Positions 41,478 to 58,800 of a stretch of DNA of 64,000 nucleotides are shown here, in pieces. The notes beneath the pieces were generated by a model. It ran no database searches, was not told the origin of the DNA, and was given only the letters and a program-made list of their open reading frames with translations. Position numbers and translations under genes: made by a program. Source of the DNA: Ramazzottius varieornatus (lineage: Eukaryota > Animalia > Tardigrada). The stretch is taken from positions 9,120,464-9,184,463 of the forward strand of contig BDGG01000001.1 of assembly GCA_001949185.1 (NCBI GenBank), given 5' to 3'. Within the stretch, counting starts at the first letter, position 1. The number at the start of each line of letters is the position of its first letter.

Positions 41478-42999
41478 ATGTCCAGCAGATCGAAACCGAA
41501 CGATAGACCTGCGGAGCTGTCATACTGTGCTGCAGAAGCTGCCAAAAGAAAACGGACGACGACGATGTTGCGGCTGATGCGCGTGTGGCCGGACGAATAT
41601 ACGGACAAGCCGAAGACCGGAAATGTGCTGGTGGCATCCCTCCAGAATCCGAAAGATATTCCTGCCGTCATGAGGTAGGCTGCAAAGTCAGAGCCTAGAA
41701 TGACTCGGGTATACTTTGTGTAATTTGGTATCGCTATAGTTTACTGAAGGATTTGTTTCCACTGCCTGAACTGCGCCATTTGAAGCGTGTCCGTCGCGTA
41801 TCAGCTCTTGCTTCGTCTCCGTCAAGCGACACGGGCTCATCTACTCCAGGTAACTCGAATTCATTTTCTGCGACGTGTACTGTACGGTGAAATCATCTTA
41901 GAGCAGGTGGCGGCAGAAGTTATGCTGACATGGGCTGATGGAGTTGGCGGATGTGGTACAACAGCCGATGAAACTATGCCCCTCTCCCATGTCCTTTCTG
42001 AAGATCATCAAGCCCTACAACCATTTCTTCGGCCGTTGGTCCGGGTTCATGAGGTCTGCACTACAATCCGCCTCCTGACCCAAGAACAATGGAGTTTTTC
42101 TCACCAAAAATGGCCAACTGTCCGTCCAAAGTAAGAAGTTCGATGAAACTGCAAACACAGCTGTTTTGACATCACGACGCAGGACGTCATGGGCTACTTT
42201 CCGGTTGAACGTGGTATGTCATGTCAGATGTCGTTTCTGCTTTTCGCAGCCCGCTAACGTCGCTGGATCTCGACGATGATTCTTCGTCCGCTACTTCAAG
42301 TCTTCAACTGCATCAGTCTTTCCTGGATGAGCTGCAAGAACGGACCTCCAAGCCGTGCGCCGATTGTCTGCACAACCGCGTTATCATTGTCGATCCGGCT
42401 ACGAAGAACTCGGTCTATCATTATGATTGGTCCGCCGCAGCTTCTTCCTCGTTCAACCCCCTCGATCATCCCATCCTGCTGGCTATTGACTTCATCGCCT
42501 CGGCGCAGCTGAATAAGCCAGGTAAGAGGACGTAACAGCGACGCTTACCACAAGTTCGTTAAGTTCCTTTGCGGTGACTTCAACTGTGTACCATAGGTGG
42601 GAAACGCTGGGCAGAGGAGCTGAAAAAGAGCACCACAGCGGAAGACAGCTCTTCGTACTTGTGCACGGGATATTGGGCATATCTTTTGCTGGAACCCTGC
42701 TTAATGTAAGTGTCGATGTTTTGCATTTCGTGCCGTCAGACAACTACTCATGGAAGAAAGATGCGCTTCTTCAACTCGTCCCGACTGGCGAGCTGGCGTT
42801 TGAATGTAAGCTTTGAGTATCAATTTCTCTGTGCAGGTGTTCGATGGCGCTGGTTCATGCTCGCATAAAGTCGATCTTTTTCTTCCACGATAATCCAGGG
42901 GATGGTGGTCTGAAGTCGCAGGTCAAGCTGCAAGGCTTGAAAAGTCTCAATCACCATTTTGAAGTGTGGCAAGTTGTTTCATCGAATAAGTCAGAGTGA
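41478..42999 (+). CDS. ADAT3: tRNA adenosine-34 deaminase non-catalytic subunit, 6 exons: 41478-41674, 41740-41849, 41902-42130, 42250-42521, 42597-42705, 42837-42999 (359 aa)
   Basis: LRHLKRVR, KWPT, IIVDP, PLDHPI (no catalytic Glu), YLCTGY..YLLLEPCLMCSMALVHARI, LNHHFEVW are TAD3/ADAT3 signatures. In phase (1080 nt). Confidence 0.9.
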
Positions 43000-43543
43000 C
43001 AAGCCTGGTTTTCTTCACCGTTCTCGCTTTCCTCTGTATTCCTTTCCCATTTTGTAACTGGGCCTTTTCAGCAGGCGTTCAAGACAGATAAGTCCATGTT
43101 TGCGTTGCAGCGTTGCTAATTGAAAGGCGGCCACGGAAACTCACTGAAATATTGCGGAAAGGAAGGCTGCAACAATTAAGTTTTATTTACAAATCTGTCT
43201 GGCTCAAACAAGAAATGTAAGTACAGGTCGATATACGGAACATGCGTAAAAGACATAACAGTGAGTCTAGCGGTTCGAAACATTTTTGTAGTGAAATGGG
43301 GATAAGAAAATTTTCATCGAGATTAAAACGAGATTCAGTAAAGACAAGCTGCATTTTGAGGAATGGTGCAAGTAGTATGTGTGTAGAGGTAATATCCAAA
43401 GACTTTGTGTTCATTCGTTTGTTCCCATTATACAACAGAGAAAGTTTAAACAACAAACTGTTAAAATAATACAGTGCTTCTTTGAATGCAGCCCTTTTTC
43501 CCCCCTCCTTCCAGAGAGATGCGTCCATCCGTCTCGGTCACTG

Positions 43544-46813
<3,270 letters not shown>

Positions 46814-46899
46814 ACGCAACTATACTCCCCACAATAAGACCCTGGCCTGCACAGAACCAACTGACGCAAATCCCAAAGATGAAAGATCAGTAAATTATC

Positions 46900-49800
46900 C
46901 CGAATTTTGCAAAACAACAACAGGATCTGCCTCGAGGAAACAATCAAATGATCAGCTGATCCACAAAGCACAAGGACAGAATAGTAGCAGAAAAGCAGTC
47001 AGCTGATTCTGCACACCAGTGGTCATTTAGTAAACAAAACAATCAACTCAATCAAGAGGAGCGCGCTTCCTGCTCGAGTATGCAGACAAATAAAACTCGC
47101 GCGTTTTCCTCTCGAGCAGAAAACTTGTTTTCTTGCACAATAGCACAAATTAGACTTTGCTCAAGCATACTATCTACAACTACCTGGCTGTACAAGAAAG
47201 TAAAGAAAAACGTGAGTGAGAGTGTGTGCTCAATTTACAGTACAAGACAAGATTGGCAAAAACTGGTCAAACCAGCTGCTTGTACATAAAATGGCCTCCA
47301 GGCTGGCAGACACACTGACACGCCATGTCAATCAACCAACCTAGGCCTTCTCGCCATCGTAAAGTTACGATGTGCTAAACGGAGCGGCCGGGTCCGCCTG
47401 CTCGACACTTAATTCCTCCTACTTCTCATACCAACCAATGGTATCGACATACTGCTACGAAAGCTCTCTTCCCTGGCTTCTCCCTCCAGCTGCCAGCAAA
47501 CGTTAAAATCAAATTCTGACAACAAACATCTCTAGCGGATATTATTTAACATGTTGCCTACCCAATATCGATAAAATAAATCTGCTTCCCTAGTCGAACG
47601 TGACAGCTTTCATACAGAGTAGGAAAGGTCATCAGGGTTGGCCGATTTCTAAGCATTCATTCTGGAAACGGTCGAAGTCATCTTTGTACACAGAGTGGGA
47701 TCTATTTGAAAACCTATATTTTCAAACCAAGAAATGAAATTGGCTTCTCAAAGAAGCCACAAAATGGCGTTACTGTCTCGTAGCACAGTGAATTTCCGAA
47801 ATTGCAATCAGGCGGTGGATCTTTGTCAACGCGCTTTTCTTACAGTTTAGGAGCTTAGCGGTGTCCATTGCGCATGCGTTGAAGGGATTACGCTCGCCGC
47901 TGGCCAAGCTTGTTAGTTGGGGAGGAAAGCTTGATGGGACCCTCGTGCATATGGCGGGAAGAGTTGGACGTGCTTGTCATGCACGAGGCAGGTACAAGTA
48001 TACATAGGCGATTATGTACAGGGAATTTATTTGTTTCTCACCTGAACAAACAGCCCGACGGAATATGTGCTTAGTCCTCTATGAAGATCTGTCTTTCTCA
48101 GGCAATCTTCACACGTCTAACCGTCCAAGTCTAAAGATTTCAAGGGAAATCTTTGCCGATATTTGTACGATCCAAATAGCATAATACTCTCGCCCAAATT
48201 GATTTCTAACCTGCCTTTTTAGGTGAAGCACGACCTCATTACAATTAAAGCAGACCAAAGTTAGCAGACAAGCATCATACAAATAACAAACATGCATGGA
48301 CGCTGGAAGTGTACTTGAGGGCAGGTCATGCGGCAAAAATTGATAGAAATTCAACAATGAAGGAGCAGATAATTATATATGCAAGTGTAACGTGACATGC
48401 CGTTTCTTCCTGTCGTCTAGTACATGGAGCTTGACTGCTCTAAGGTGAGTGGTCACACACGACTCATTTGTCAGGCAGATGTATTTTGAGAAATAAAGGA
48501 TTATAAAGATGTGAAAAGATTTTCTCAATGATCAAGCTGTGATAATGTCCATACAGGACCGTTTTGCTCTTGACGGCCTTTTATTGTGGTCAGTTATATT
48601 TGTTGTGGTATTATCGGTGGACATACAAGAGCGACATGTCAAGCGGCAAAAGAATCAAGCTATGACAAGTCGGGCTTTTACTGTATGGAGTTATTTCTTT
48701 AAAGACCATCAGTACTCATTATCAGCGGGATAATGGCCGTAACAAGGGGGGTTTTCAGCCAGTGTCACCATCCATCTATTATATCCCCGACTAACCAGAT
48801 ATACACACAACTCCATACACCAGCATAATTTATAACATCATTGAATAATTAATCAATTCAACAGTTATTCTAAGCCAGAATACTGCCGAACTTCGTGTTT
48901 TAACACCCGCCCAATTTTCAGTGTATCAAAGGTCATTCATTTTTGCGCGAAGAAAATTTTTCGCAGTGGAGGCGATGAGTAAGCACTGAGGAGGAAGGTA
49001 TTGAGTGACCTTTGGTGACGCGTCATTTGCTTAGTGAGAAAACAGTAGCGGTATGCGCTAGCTAGAAATGTTGAGTACACATTGTCAACTAGCGGAAGAG
49101 CTGCACCATCAGGAACATTTTTTCTCAAGGTGTTCAACAGCAGCAGCAGTTACTGCGGCCAAACATGGCAAGGCGGGCAAACTTTGGCTTGCTGACGAAG
49201 AACCAACAGGCACTTGCACCGTCAGCTGCCACCAGGATATCATGTACAGAAAATGTGCCAGTCACTGCGGTTAGGTCCCAGCTCTGAGCTACAATTACTG
49301 CCAAAATCTGGCGGATTTGATGGATTGCGTAAAGCAACTTACGTGTTGCCAGAGTTGCTGTAGCTGAACCTGGTGGCGGTACTGGTCCTGGTGGAAACGA
49401 TCCATGGTGAAGTGGAGAGAGATGAGCAGCAGGTAGTCGGGGGATTATATTGATTTATAGAATGCGATGATGACGGCAGTCGGCTCTTGCTGCAAATCTG
49501 CTGACTGCAAGCCGGCTGCTGGACAGCTTAACGGTGTAGATGACTAGGCTCCTGACGTAACGTCCAAACCAGCGTCACTTCCGCCTGTCCCCACAGTGCT
49601 TTGATGCACTCATAATGTACATATCAAGGTGCGCGATTCACACTTCAATACTTCAGTACAGCAACGTCTGATCCTAAAAATGGGACTTTAATCAGAGGCA
49701 GAAAGGAGCAAGCTGTAGGATATTCAAATTTGGAATTCTGGCTAGGAAGGAGGGAAGGTGAGAGTGGAATCTTTGGGGCTAATTTTTTCACACCTGGTGC

Positions 49801-52800
49801 CGGAATGTCTAGCATACCTCAATCAGATTGAGAATGGTTGTATGCCTCTTCCCTCTCTCCATCTCCTTATTAATGGCTACACAAATATGCACACCTCATG
49901 GGAATTCCAATGGGGCTCCGCCCCTTTTTTCCCCCTAGCTTCTCTTGACAATATTTTCAGCTACATAAGCTGACACTTCTTACCTGTATCCTTCTCGCCT
50001 TTTCTTCTCCACTACTCGATCGGCTATTTGAAGCGCAGAACGATGGATCGAATATATACGCTACCTGAAATCACAATTGAAAGGAGCATTACTTGATTAA
50101 TTCTGTGGTCCCATCTGACCGTCAAGGTCCGATGCAGAAAGAAAAGACGCCTTTCATGACATGTAAAGATATTATTATCCTCCAACTTCATAAAATCCAC
50201 CGATACATTTCTGTAGCTAATTTGCGTACAATGACTTTTTTGACCTGCGCGTGAGTTAGGGTGTAGTTTATGTGGGGGAAGATGAATGGGGAACGCTAGT
50301 TGTGAGGTAATTAGTAGGTGTCAAGATTTTTATCGGAGCAATTGCGCGGTAGTCTATATGGCAAGTGTCCATTTAGCCTCCGTTTAATATGCGGTAGCTG
50401 ATAGCGATCGAAATAGCGCAACCATTTTCGATCTGGATCTGCCCATATGGTTGCCGATCCAGCGAGAGCTACTCTTGAGGCGTACAGGTGGCTTTGGGTG
50501 GAGCGAACATTTAATATTCATCAGGCCATAAAGGTAGGGTGAAGGAGGAAGGGAGGCTTGGGCAGCTTACGGCTGTTGTCGTAACTTTCTCCTCATTGAC
50601 ATCACGGGCTGCCGTTAGCATGCCGTCGTGTCGTGTTAGAGCCCTTTTACGGCGAATGTTTATGACTAGGTCTTTATGCTGATAGGAAGGGCGAGCGTTT
50701 CCCTGTACCTGGAAACGTTCCGCTAATGACGGTAGGGAATGACACAATTGCAGATGACATTATTTCTCAAGAGGCCCCAACCGCCATTCAGCCTAATGAG
50801 CTCTCCAGCTCCCTCGGCCACAGCCATTACGCTGATGGACCACCAGCTCTTCAAGCAACCAAGAAGGAAGGAGGGCCGTAAAGGCTTGGCGGCGCTACGG
50901 TTAAGGCAGTAGCTCAAGTACAGCCAGCAACCTAGAAATGTGCATTGTGCCTCAAATCGTGAGAAAATATGACAGTTTCTGCCCGCCGGCCAACTAGCAA
51001 CACCTGTGCACAATCACCGTACATTTTTCGAATAGCATCTTTGCTTGCACTTTCTTCCTTCCACTACGATCGGGTTTTCGCTTAATTCCTGCCACCTTCC
51101 CACTCGATGTTCAAAAACAAGAGGGTTACTCTTTACAAAATGTCTGTGCTCGGGATCGCCAGATTATGTCATTCGGATATGTAACATCAACAAAAACCTC
51201 GAACAGATATCAAACTTGAAAACAAGAATGTTCTCCACCCGGAACTAAATCCGGTTATGTATCACTTTAGGGTTAGAGAGGTCTCCTCGTGCGGGACATA
51301 AGGAGGACGTCAGATTAAGGGTGGGTGGAATGGCGCCATGAATAGGAGCTGAGGACTCATTCCCTGCATTGAATGCAGGTGCCGTAAAGGCCGTCAGAAT
51401 AAAGAGGCAATCTTCTGTTTTGGGGTTAAGTAGGAATAATGTCCTGTGCCGGGACCGTGAAGCCTATTCCCCTGGCCTTCTTACTTTTAGCCCGAGCTAC
51501 TCTAAGAATTGTTGTTGACAGAAAGCGATTTAGCTGGCCAGCAGGACCTGCAGCCAGCTTTAATTCACGTTGTTGGTCAAGTGGGCTGGAAGGAAGGAAG
51601 CTGAGGGACGGCGTTGAGCCTAATTGCTGACTGCTCCTCTGCTCGTAATCAAAAATCTCGAGAAGATGATACGGTACGAGGAAAAGCGAGGTGTCGCTTC
51701 TACCCATAGCTTGATTAACGCTGTAATTAGAACACAGCCTCCTGTGATACGTATTATCCGCCAACCCGTGACGCATTGCCAGCCCAGAAGAACCCAGCAG
51801 CTTCGCGCAAACCAATGCGGGATTCTACCCTTCGTCATCAGGTGTAGCACTTACGGACAACTCTCAAATGGGAAAGTATAATTCATTGCGCTTGAAGTTT
51901 ACTCCAAGAATATACTAAGACAAGGTTGTAACTTCCTGGTAGCTCGCGCCTTGAGGCGGAAAGTTCACTTCGTAAACCCTGGTTCGCCCTCCTGGAAAAT
52001 GTTTAGAATTTCGGCGATGTATAAGCAACTTCTCAACCCTTAATAAACGCCAGGTTTTCTGCATTCAGGCCCAGTATTTGGTGGCACAAGAAAATTATTC
52101 GCTTTCTCGTACCGAAGAATTAAGTTATAGTAGAACATAGGCGAGAAGAGGGGTGAAAGCCGGCCGGGGCTTGGAATGAGCATGCAGCAAATACGCTTGA
52201 TTGGAGGGGAATTAAGGCCGTTTAGAAAGGACAGAGGATCATTAGAGATAGTATATTGGAAAGTAAGTGTCAAATGTTGTGTGATGACAATAGCTGATAA
52301 AGAACGATAACGACTTGTCAAGGTGTGTATATTCTTTTGCTGGTATAATTTGTTGCGGTGGACGTTACAAGGAGGCTGAACACGGACGGGTATAAAAAGA
52401 AAGTGAAAAAAGCCCCTGAACAATGGCGGAAAAAGCCATTAATCATGGTCACAGCCACCATGCATTACTCTGTTAATATCACAGCTAGCAGCGTTACACA
52501 TAGCATTATCTTCTCTAGTCAAAACTATTCAACACTTACCCACTGTGCCGTATTGCTATGCTAATTAATTGCCGCTCCACCGCATAAGCATCAGTCCCTC
52601 TCTTCAGCCGGCTTTGGCTTTGGCGGAAGGCAAAAGGTCCACTGTTGGCGGAAGACTCCTTGCTGTTGTAGATAGTGTAGACACACAGTGGCCGGCTCAG
52701 TCCACCTGTCAAAAAACACATCAATAGAATGTTAGCCTTAAGACAGCACTTGTCATTTACTTTAATGAAGCCAACAAGACTGCACCGTTCCACCCGACAC

Positions 52801-55800
52801 AACCGAGCTCTTGAAGTGCAAAGAACGGCGCTTTGTTCCACCCAACACTGAATATGTACACGGCCTTTGTCATATACCTGATAGTATGGAATCAATCAAA
52901 TCAAAAGCATAGGAAGTAGATAGATGGGACAATATGATGATGAATGCGGAAGAAGCTATAGCAGGGTAAATGATACAGCCAGCCCGTAAAATTTAGCAGA
53001 CTAGAGGTGCGTCAGGCCAAGAACCAAAAGACCCTTGTAAGCTTCACTTGCCACCTGATTACATTGGACAGAAAAGACTACATAGAAATGGTCGACAATC
53101 GAGCCTTTGAAGTTTTCTTCACGTTTATGATGATTAAATGTGATGGCTGACATATAAGAATTACACTAGAGGAAATATACTACAGTGGCTGTACGGCAAG
53201 AAGCTCTCTGGCTACAGAATGGCAATGGTGTGATAATTGTACAGTGGTCATGTACTATATCGTTGTGTGTTCGATCAGAGCTTGATTGCATGCGACGGAA
53301 CTGTCAGGCAGCGTCAGGCAAGAACTGGTTCGGCGAGTGGGCGGCACCCTCAATACTGCCATTGCGTGCCGCAGCTAGCGGCCCGTCCTAGCTCTTCTCA
53401 TCTTTGCCGTTCCCTTCTCTTCTGTTCTGTTCTGTTCTGCGCGCAGTGCTGCATGTTGAGTAAGAATATGGCCAGCGAACATGCTCGGCGGCGATTGACG
53501 TGTTGTGCCATTGCCGGCACGCAAAAGCAAGAGAAGATGGAACTGTAGCAGCTGGTCGTCCGGCAATGTTACGGCCTGCTAGCGTGACTGCCGCAGATCG
53601 AACAAATGGCAGAGCAGCGTAACGGGCATCCCTCAACGTCCTCAAGGAGCACTGGGTGCCTTGATCCACTTAGCGACAGCTTCTACGGCCGATCAGCGCC
53701 GTCATGCATCCTTCCCATTAAGCAAGGCCCTCGCTTCGCTAACCCTCATCCTTGCACGCCACCTTCTCCTCTTTCGGCGAACCCTCAAGCCAACTGCATG
53801 CCGCTCCACTCTACAGTACCTCTATCTTGAAGGCACCCGCTCATTGCAGTGCAGCTTCCATAGTCTGAAAGAAGTGGAATGGCACCGACAGCAGAGATTG
53901 GCGTCGATGGTCAGTGGAACATCAGCATTCCGAACAAGGCCGCCGGCTAGCATAGTAAAGTTGCTTGGGTCATGTGTGTAGTCATTGCATCGACAAGCCA
54001 ACACTTTTTCCCAGCATTCACTCGTGATTGTAGTCAATTCACATTGAACTTTTTGCAGTGATTGAATTGGGTTTGCCAATGGTGGAAGAGAACCAAATTG
54101 CATTTGGGTAAAGTCGCAATTTGCCGTAATTAAACTTTGCGCGCATCAGTGCGGCTTTTGAGGGCGGAATGCACAGGTCGCCTTCCTACCTTGTGTATGA
54201 GGAACCTTGTTAGCTATATACGATGCTGCCTACATGTGCTCATAATAGGGAAATGATAATAATAGAGGAGAGATTGGGCGATGCGGATGGTTGGCTAGCG
54301 CTTGGCAGAAGGCATGCGAAATTTAAGAAGTGGAAACAGTGGAGAAGGCTGGCTGCAGCATTGTAGCTAGACATGCAGGTAGAATTGTGCTGGAGGGCAC
54401 AAACGGAGAGAGCTCAAGCGTGCTCAACTGTTTTACAGAGCTAGTAGCCGTGAAGGAGCTATTGTGCCCGCTTGGGCCAAAGTGTGCTGATGATTGCCTA
54501 CATTGGCAAAAAATGTCTGGCCAAATTAATTACACTTGCCAGCATGATTGACAGGCCGCTGCGCTGAGAACGAGAAAGAATGATTCGGTTGCAGGTACAG
54601 CACGGAAGAACGAGCCCATCATCAGTGCCATGTCCCAAACTTCATCATCGAACCATCGCTACTTGCCAATCATCGCCTTGCTTGTTGAGCCTGATTAATT
54701 TTCTCACGAGCCACATCTACATATACAAATCAACCGCCATCGTATTTTATATTAGCTATAAATAATCGCCATAGTATGCTTAGGTGCGGGAGACCTGCCG
54801 GCATAATTGCGCGCTAAAACAACTTAAACAGCATTGGCCTTCCGTTTGCGCACTTCCTACTGCATATTTGCTGTCATGTTTAAACTTCTCTTCCGTCAAA
54901 CCGGTTTGTGCCAAGCTTGTTCAACTGCACAACAAGATTTCATCTTAATTGATATTTCCTCGCCTTTCCCAGTGCAATTAAGACGAGGGCCAGTAAACGG
55001 AGCACTGTGAAACCGTAAATTGTGCACCTGTGCTTGTGTAAACTGAATTATGAAGGCGTCTTGAGGTGAAGAGTCGAAACAGGCGTAAAGGCTCAAAAGT
55101 GAAATGGGACTAGTAGCCGGTAATATCGTAAGTAAATATGGAGAGTGCAAAGTGGACTGCGTGAGAACTAGTGCTCAGCACGAGAGGCTCATTGCAACGT
55201 CTAAAATTCGACAAAATGGCTAAATTTGTCCCTCAAACATTGTATGCATAATCCGATCTACGAGTAAGTGTCCCAAGCCTCCCTTACTCTACAGCAAACG
55301 TAAACAAGCTCAGCCAGGCCTACGGCGGGTCCAGTATCCAGGACACAGGAAGAACGGGTTCCGGTTCTGTCTGGCCTTGTAGCCTTGTGCTCTAAGATTT
55401 TGACGACTCAGGTCTCAGGAAAGAGCGAGAGAAACAGGCCCGGCAAATAATGGACATCAATCGTGTGTTGAAGAGAAAGTACGTGGCGCTGGCAGATCAA
55501 GCGTTCAACCTATCGAAAACTCTATAGAGCTGCTGCAAGCAGAGACTGCTAGACGTAGTTTCCGGCTTCAAGACCTTTGTCCACAGGAAACTCTGGAACT
55601 TGCTGTGTGTAGGCTATCCATGTGATTTTGATCTTTTCTAAAGGAAAGCTCCAAGTTCTGACTGCCCCTCCTAAACTCACTCGGTTGATTCTGTAAAGCG
55701 ATGTGACCTGTCTTACCCTCGGAAAATACTGCAGCTTGAACATTGGGTTGGGGGTCGCTGCAAGTTCGTCCACTGCAAAAGGCCGGCAGTCAATGTAATT

Positions 55801-58800
55801 TCGCACCACAAAGGTAAGTAATGATTTATCTAGGGGAGACGTAATGAAGTATTGTGTCTTTCAACCTGGTATTGTCAAGTCATTGGAAGGAAGAGAATGG
55901 GTGGCAGGGGAGGCTGGAGAACGTGTCAAGCGTGGCAGCTAGTGCGTGAAAGCCGCCATGTTTATTCTCCACTTACGGTCCGGGCTCTTCTCAAAGTACC
56001 CATCTTGTCAAATGTTTGCCTCATCTTTCCTTTGGCGCATCAAGTTTAAACAAGAGCAAACAAGCAGCTCTTATTACATGCCAAGTAGTCATCCTCCCTT
56101 CAACTTCATCAACACTTACACACCCAACACTGCACTTTAAAAGTTTACGCAGCTACCTTGAGCCTGTATACTAAGAACCAGAACACTTTCTTTCCTCCAC
56201 CTTGAGCTACGATTGCCCTTCGACACTGTTATCCACAGCAAGTTTCGCATGGTTTTCTAGCTGTCTTGAAACGGGTTTGGAAGGAAAGCTACTAGCAGCC
56301 CGTGTGGTATTATACACATCCATATTTCGACGGCGTATAGAGCAACAAGAGAAGGCTCTTATGGCTTTTGCATAACAGCGAAAGCAGATAGAGGGGATCG
56401 AGCTATCGAGCAATACTCATGTCAAGCCCCCATCTACTTAGGTGCTGCGCTTGGCTGCCTAAAGTGCCAACCTCAGCAACTAGAAAAATGCTTTGTCCAC
56501 ATATATTCACCACCTTCCACCATTCCACCATAACATCCGCTTGGCCAGAGAGTCCTGACTAAATAAACACCATAGTGCCCTTCACCAAAACTTGTAACCT
56601 TCGACATAGCCGCACAAGTCTGTCGGAAACATCCGCTGGTCTAAGAGCCTACGCTCTGGTAAAGGCCACGGCGACTGAACGAAAGGTCGCCCTCTTTTGC
56701 GTACTACGCACAACAAGATCTTGCCTTATACGACTAACCAATTTCTACTTCTGATTTTAGTCTTTTTTTAAACTGTTAGAAAAGCGGTCCTCGCGCGTGT
56801 GCCTAGCCTTTCGAGGAATAGTATTGATGTGATGGAAGCATGAAACGTGATACTGCGCAATCCGCCCATAACAAAAGGTCCAAGTAAGCAGGCATCTCGA
56901 GCTGAAATATCACCACCAGCGGAAAAGAGCTGGATCACATCATCGAGCAAGATTTCCATTTGAGGTTGGGCTAAATGCCTGGAAAGTGTTGCGGATCGCT
57001 CCACACTGATCTACATAAAAAGCCACATTTAAGGGCAGAAGGGGGAATATCATTTCTGTACTGTAAGCCGGGGATGGAGATAATGGACAACGGCGTTTGT
57101 TTAGGCCTAAATCCCCTTTTAATTCAATTAAATGTGGTAGCGGAAAGAAGAAGCTGTTAATCACATGCTAAGCCGGCCCTATATATTGCACAGCCAGCGC
57201 TCCTCTTTATTAAATTGCCATTATGCTGATTGCAGCCTGATTTGCTTATCAATTGCCGGCCAAAGTGTGAACGGCACACAGATACGGCCGTCCATGTCCA
57301 CAAACACATGCATATGCATGCATGGCCTCCTTCAGCACCAACAGTCAATCCACAAAACTGCAATGCATATCCGGGACAATACTCTGGCTTGCATATCGAC
57401 CCTGTCTTCAGTCGGATGGGAAAGAGGAATTTTATTATCAATAATACGCCAACAATCTTGTGGACGATATAGGGTCAAAGAATGGCGCGACTATTGGCTC
57501 AGCAGCAGCAGAATGTGAACGGGGGCAAACAAAAGGTGGCAACGTGCAGCATCTTAGAGGCTGATCGTCAGCTCCTTGCTGGCGGTATAATAAGCAAGCG
57601 CTTGATGAATATAGCGCGAGACGTGCACAAGTAGCTGGTTCACACGCTGACTACAATGGACAACCCAGGCCAGGCCTTTCTTTTCATTAAAAAGTACTGA
57701 ATAGAAATTGCTTCTGGCTGATCGAAGCTGTCTGTGTTGACTGATGGCCGAATACTGTCCATGTCTACCCTGTGTACATACGGATCGCACAGCCTGAAAC
57801 GCGGAAATCGTCACGGAGAACCATCTGCTACAACTCCGTATAACTACGAGGTCTTGGTATTAACGTTTGTCGGTACCGATATATACTCTGGTTATCCATA
57901 TCATAAACAGGTGGTAGCATGGCTCTTGCTCTGCTCTTTCCAAGTCTTCATCGAGATCGGGGCTTTCCGTCGACTCGGTTACTTCCTGGTCGCTCTGCCA
58001 GTGACACGATGTAGTCAAGTTAACGTAAAAGTTTTAATCAAGAAGGATCGTTTGACAAATTTGGGTCCAGCGTGAAGGCTGTAAACATCGGATAGATGAA
58101 AAGGACTGACAGGGTGAAGGGCATGGTAAAAGGTCAACAAAGGCTAGCTGCTGGTAATTACAATGGGAAGGGGAATGGGGGAAGCACAGCTCTTGGGGAT
58201 GGCGATAACACGGCGGGGGTTCGTAGCACAAGACTGCTGGCCTAAATTGCTTTAGCTCCCACCGATCAAATCTGGACATGCAGCATCGCACTTTGCTATA
58301 GCATATTCGTCTAATGACCAGTCAACTTCCATTTCTCTCGGCAAGCCGACTCCGATAAAATGTCAATGACGTAAAGCAGAAGCCTAAGCGGCCATTCATT
58401 CAATCATGACAACATCCACGCAGTCAAGCACGTCACTAGCCCATCATCATACTCGGCGCAATCTATTTGTCGTTAGCGGTCGGTACCGTTTTCGCCGGAA
58501 CCTTGATTTGCCTGCCAGAAGAGAGTCAGAGACCAGCGACAAATGGAACACAAATTAATGATGTCGTCAGCATCAATTGCGCCTCAAGATCCATTCGCAA
58601 TTCCGCCAAGCCTTCCCGATTAATTCGGCAACTTCGATACTTTCTTGTTCATTGCATTATTCTCTACGGACACAGTTCGGTATTTCCTGTTTAGTCCTGC
58701 GTCTTTCCCTTTCCCGCTGTTACGGAGGTGAAGCGGGAGAGGCGCTAAGAAGACCGGAAGAAGGGATTAGCAGGAAGGTAGTCAACAAACAGGAATTACG

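Noticed and set aside
42450-42480. ADAT3 lacks the catalytic Glu (HPI instead of HAE)
   Set aside because: Normal for the TAD3/ADAT3 subunit; not a pseudogene sign.
51935-51995. tRNA-like A/B boxes (ggtagctc...ggttcgccc)
   Set aside because: No cloverleaf, and the B box is imperfect.
53418-53440. (TCTGT)n microsatellite, also (TCCA)n near 63590
   Set aside because: Ordinary simple repeats.
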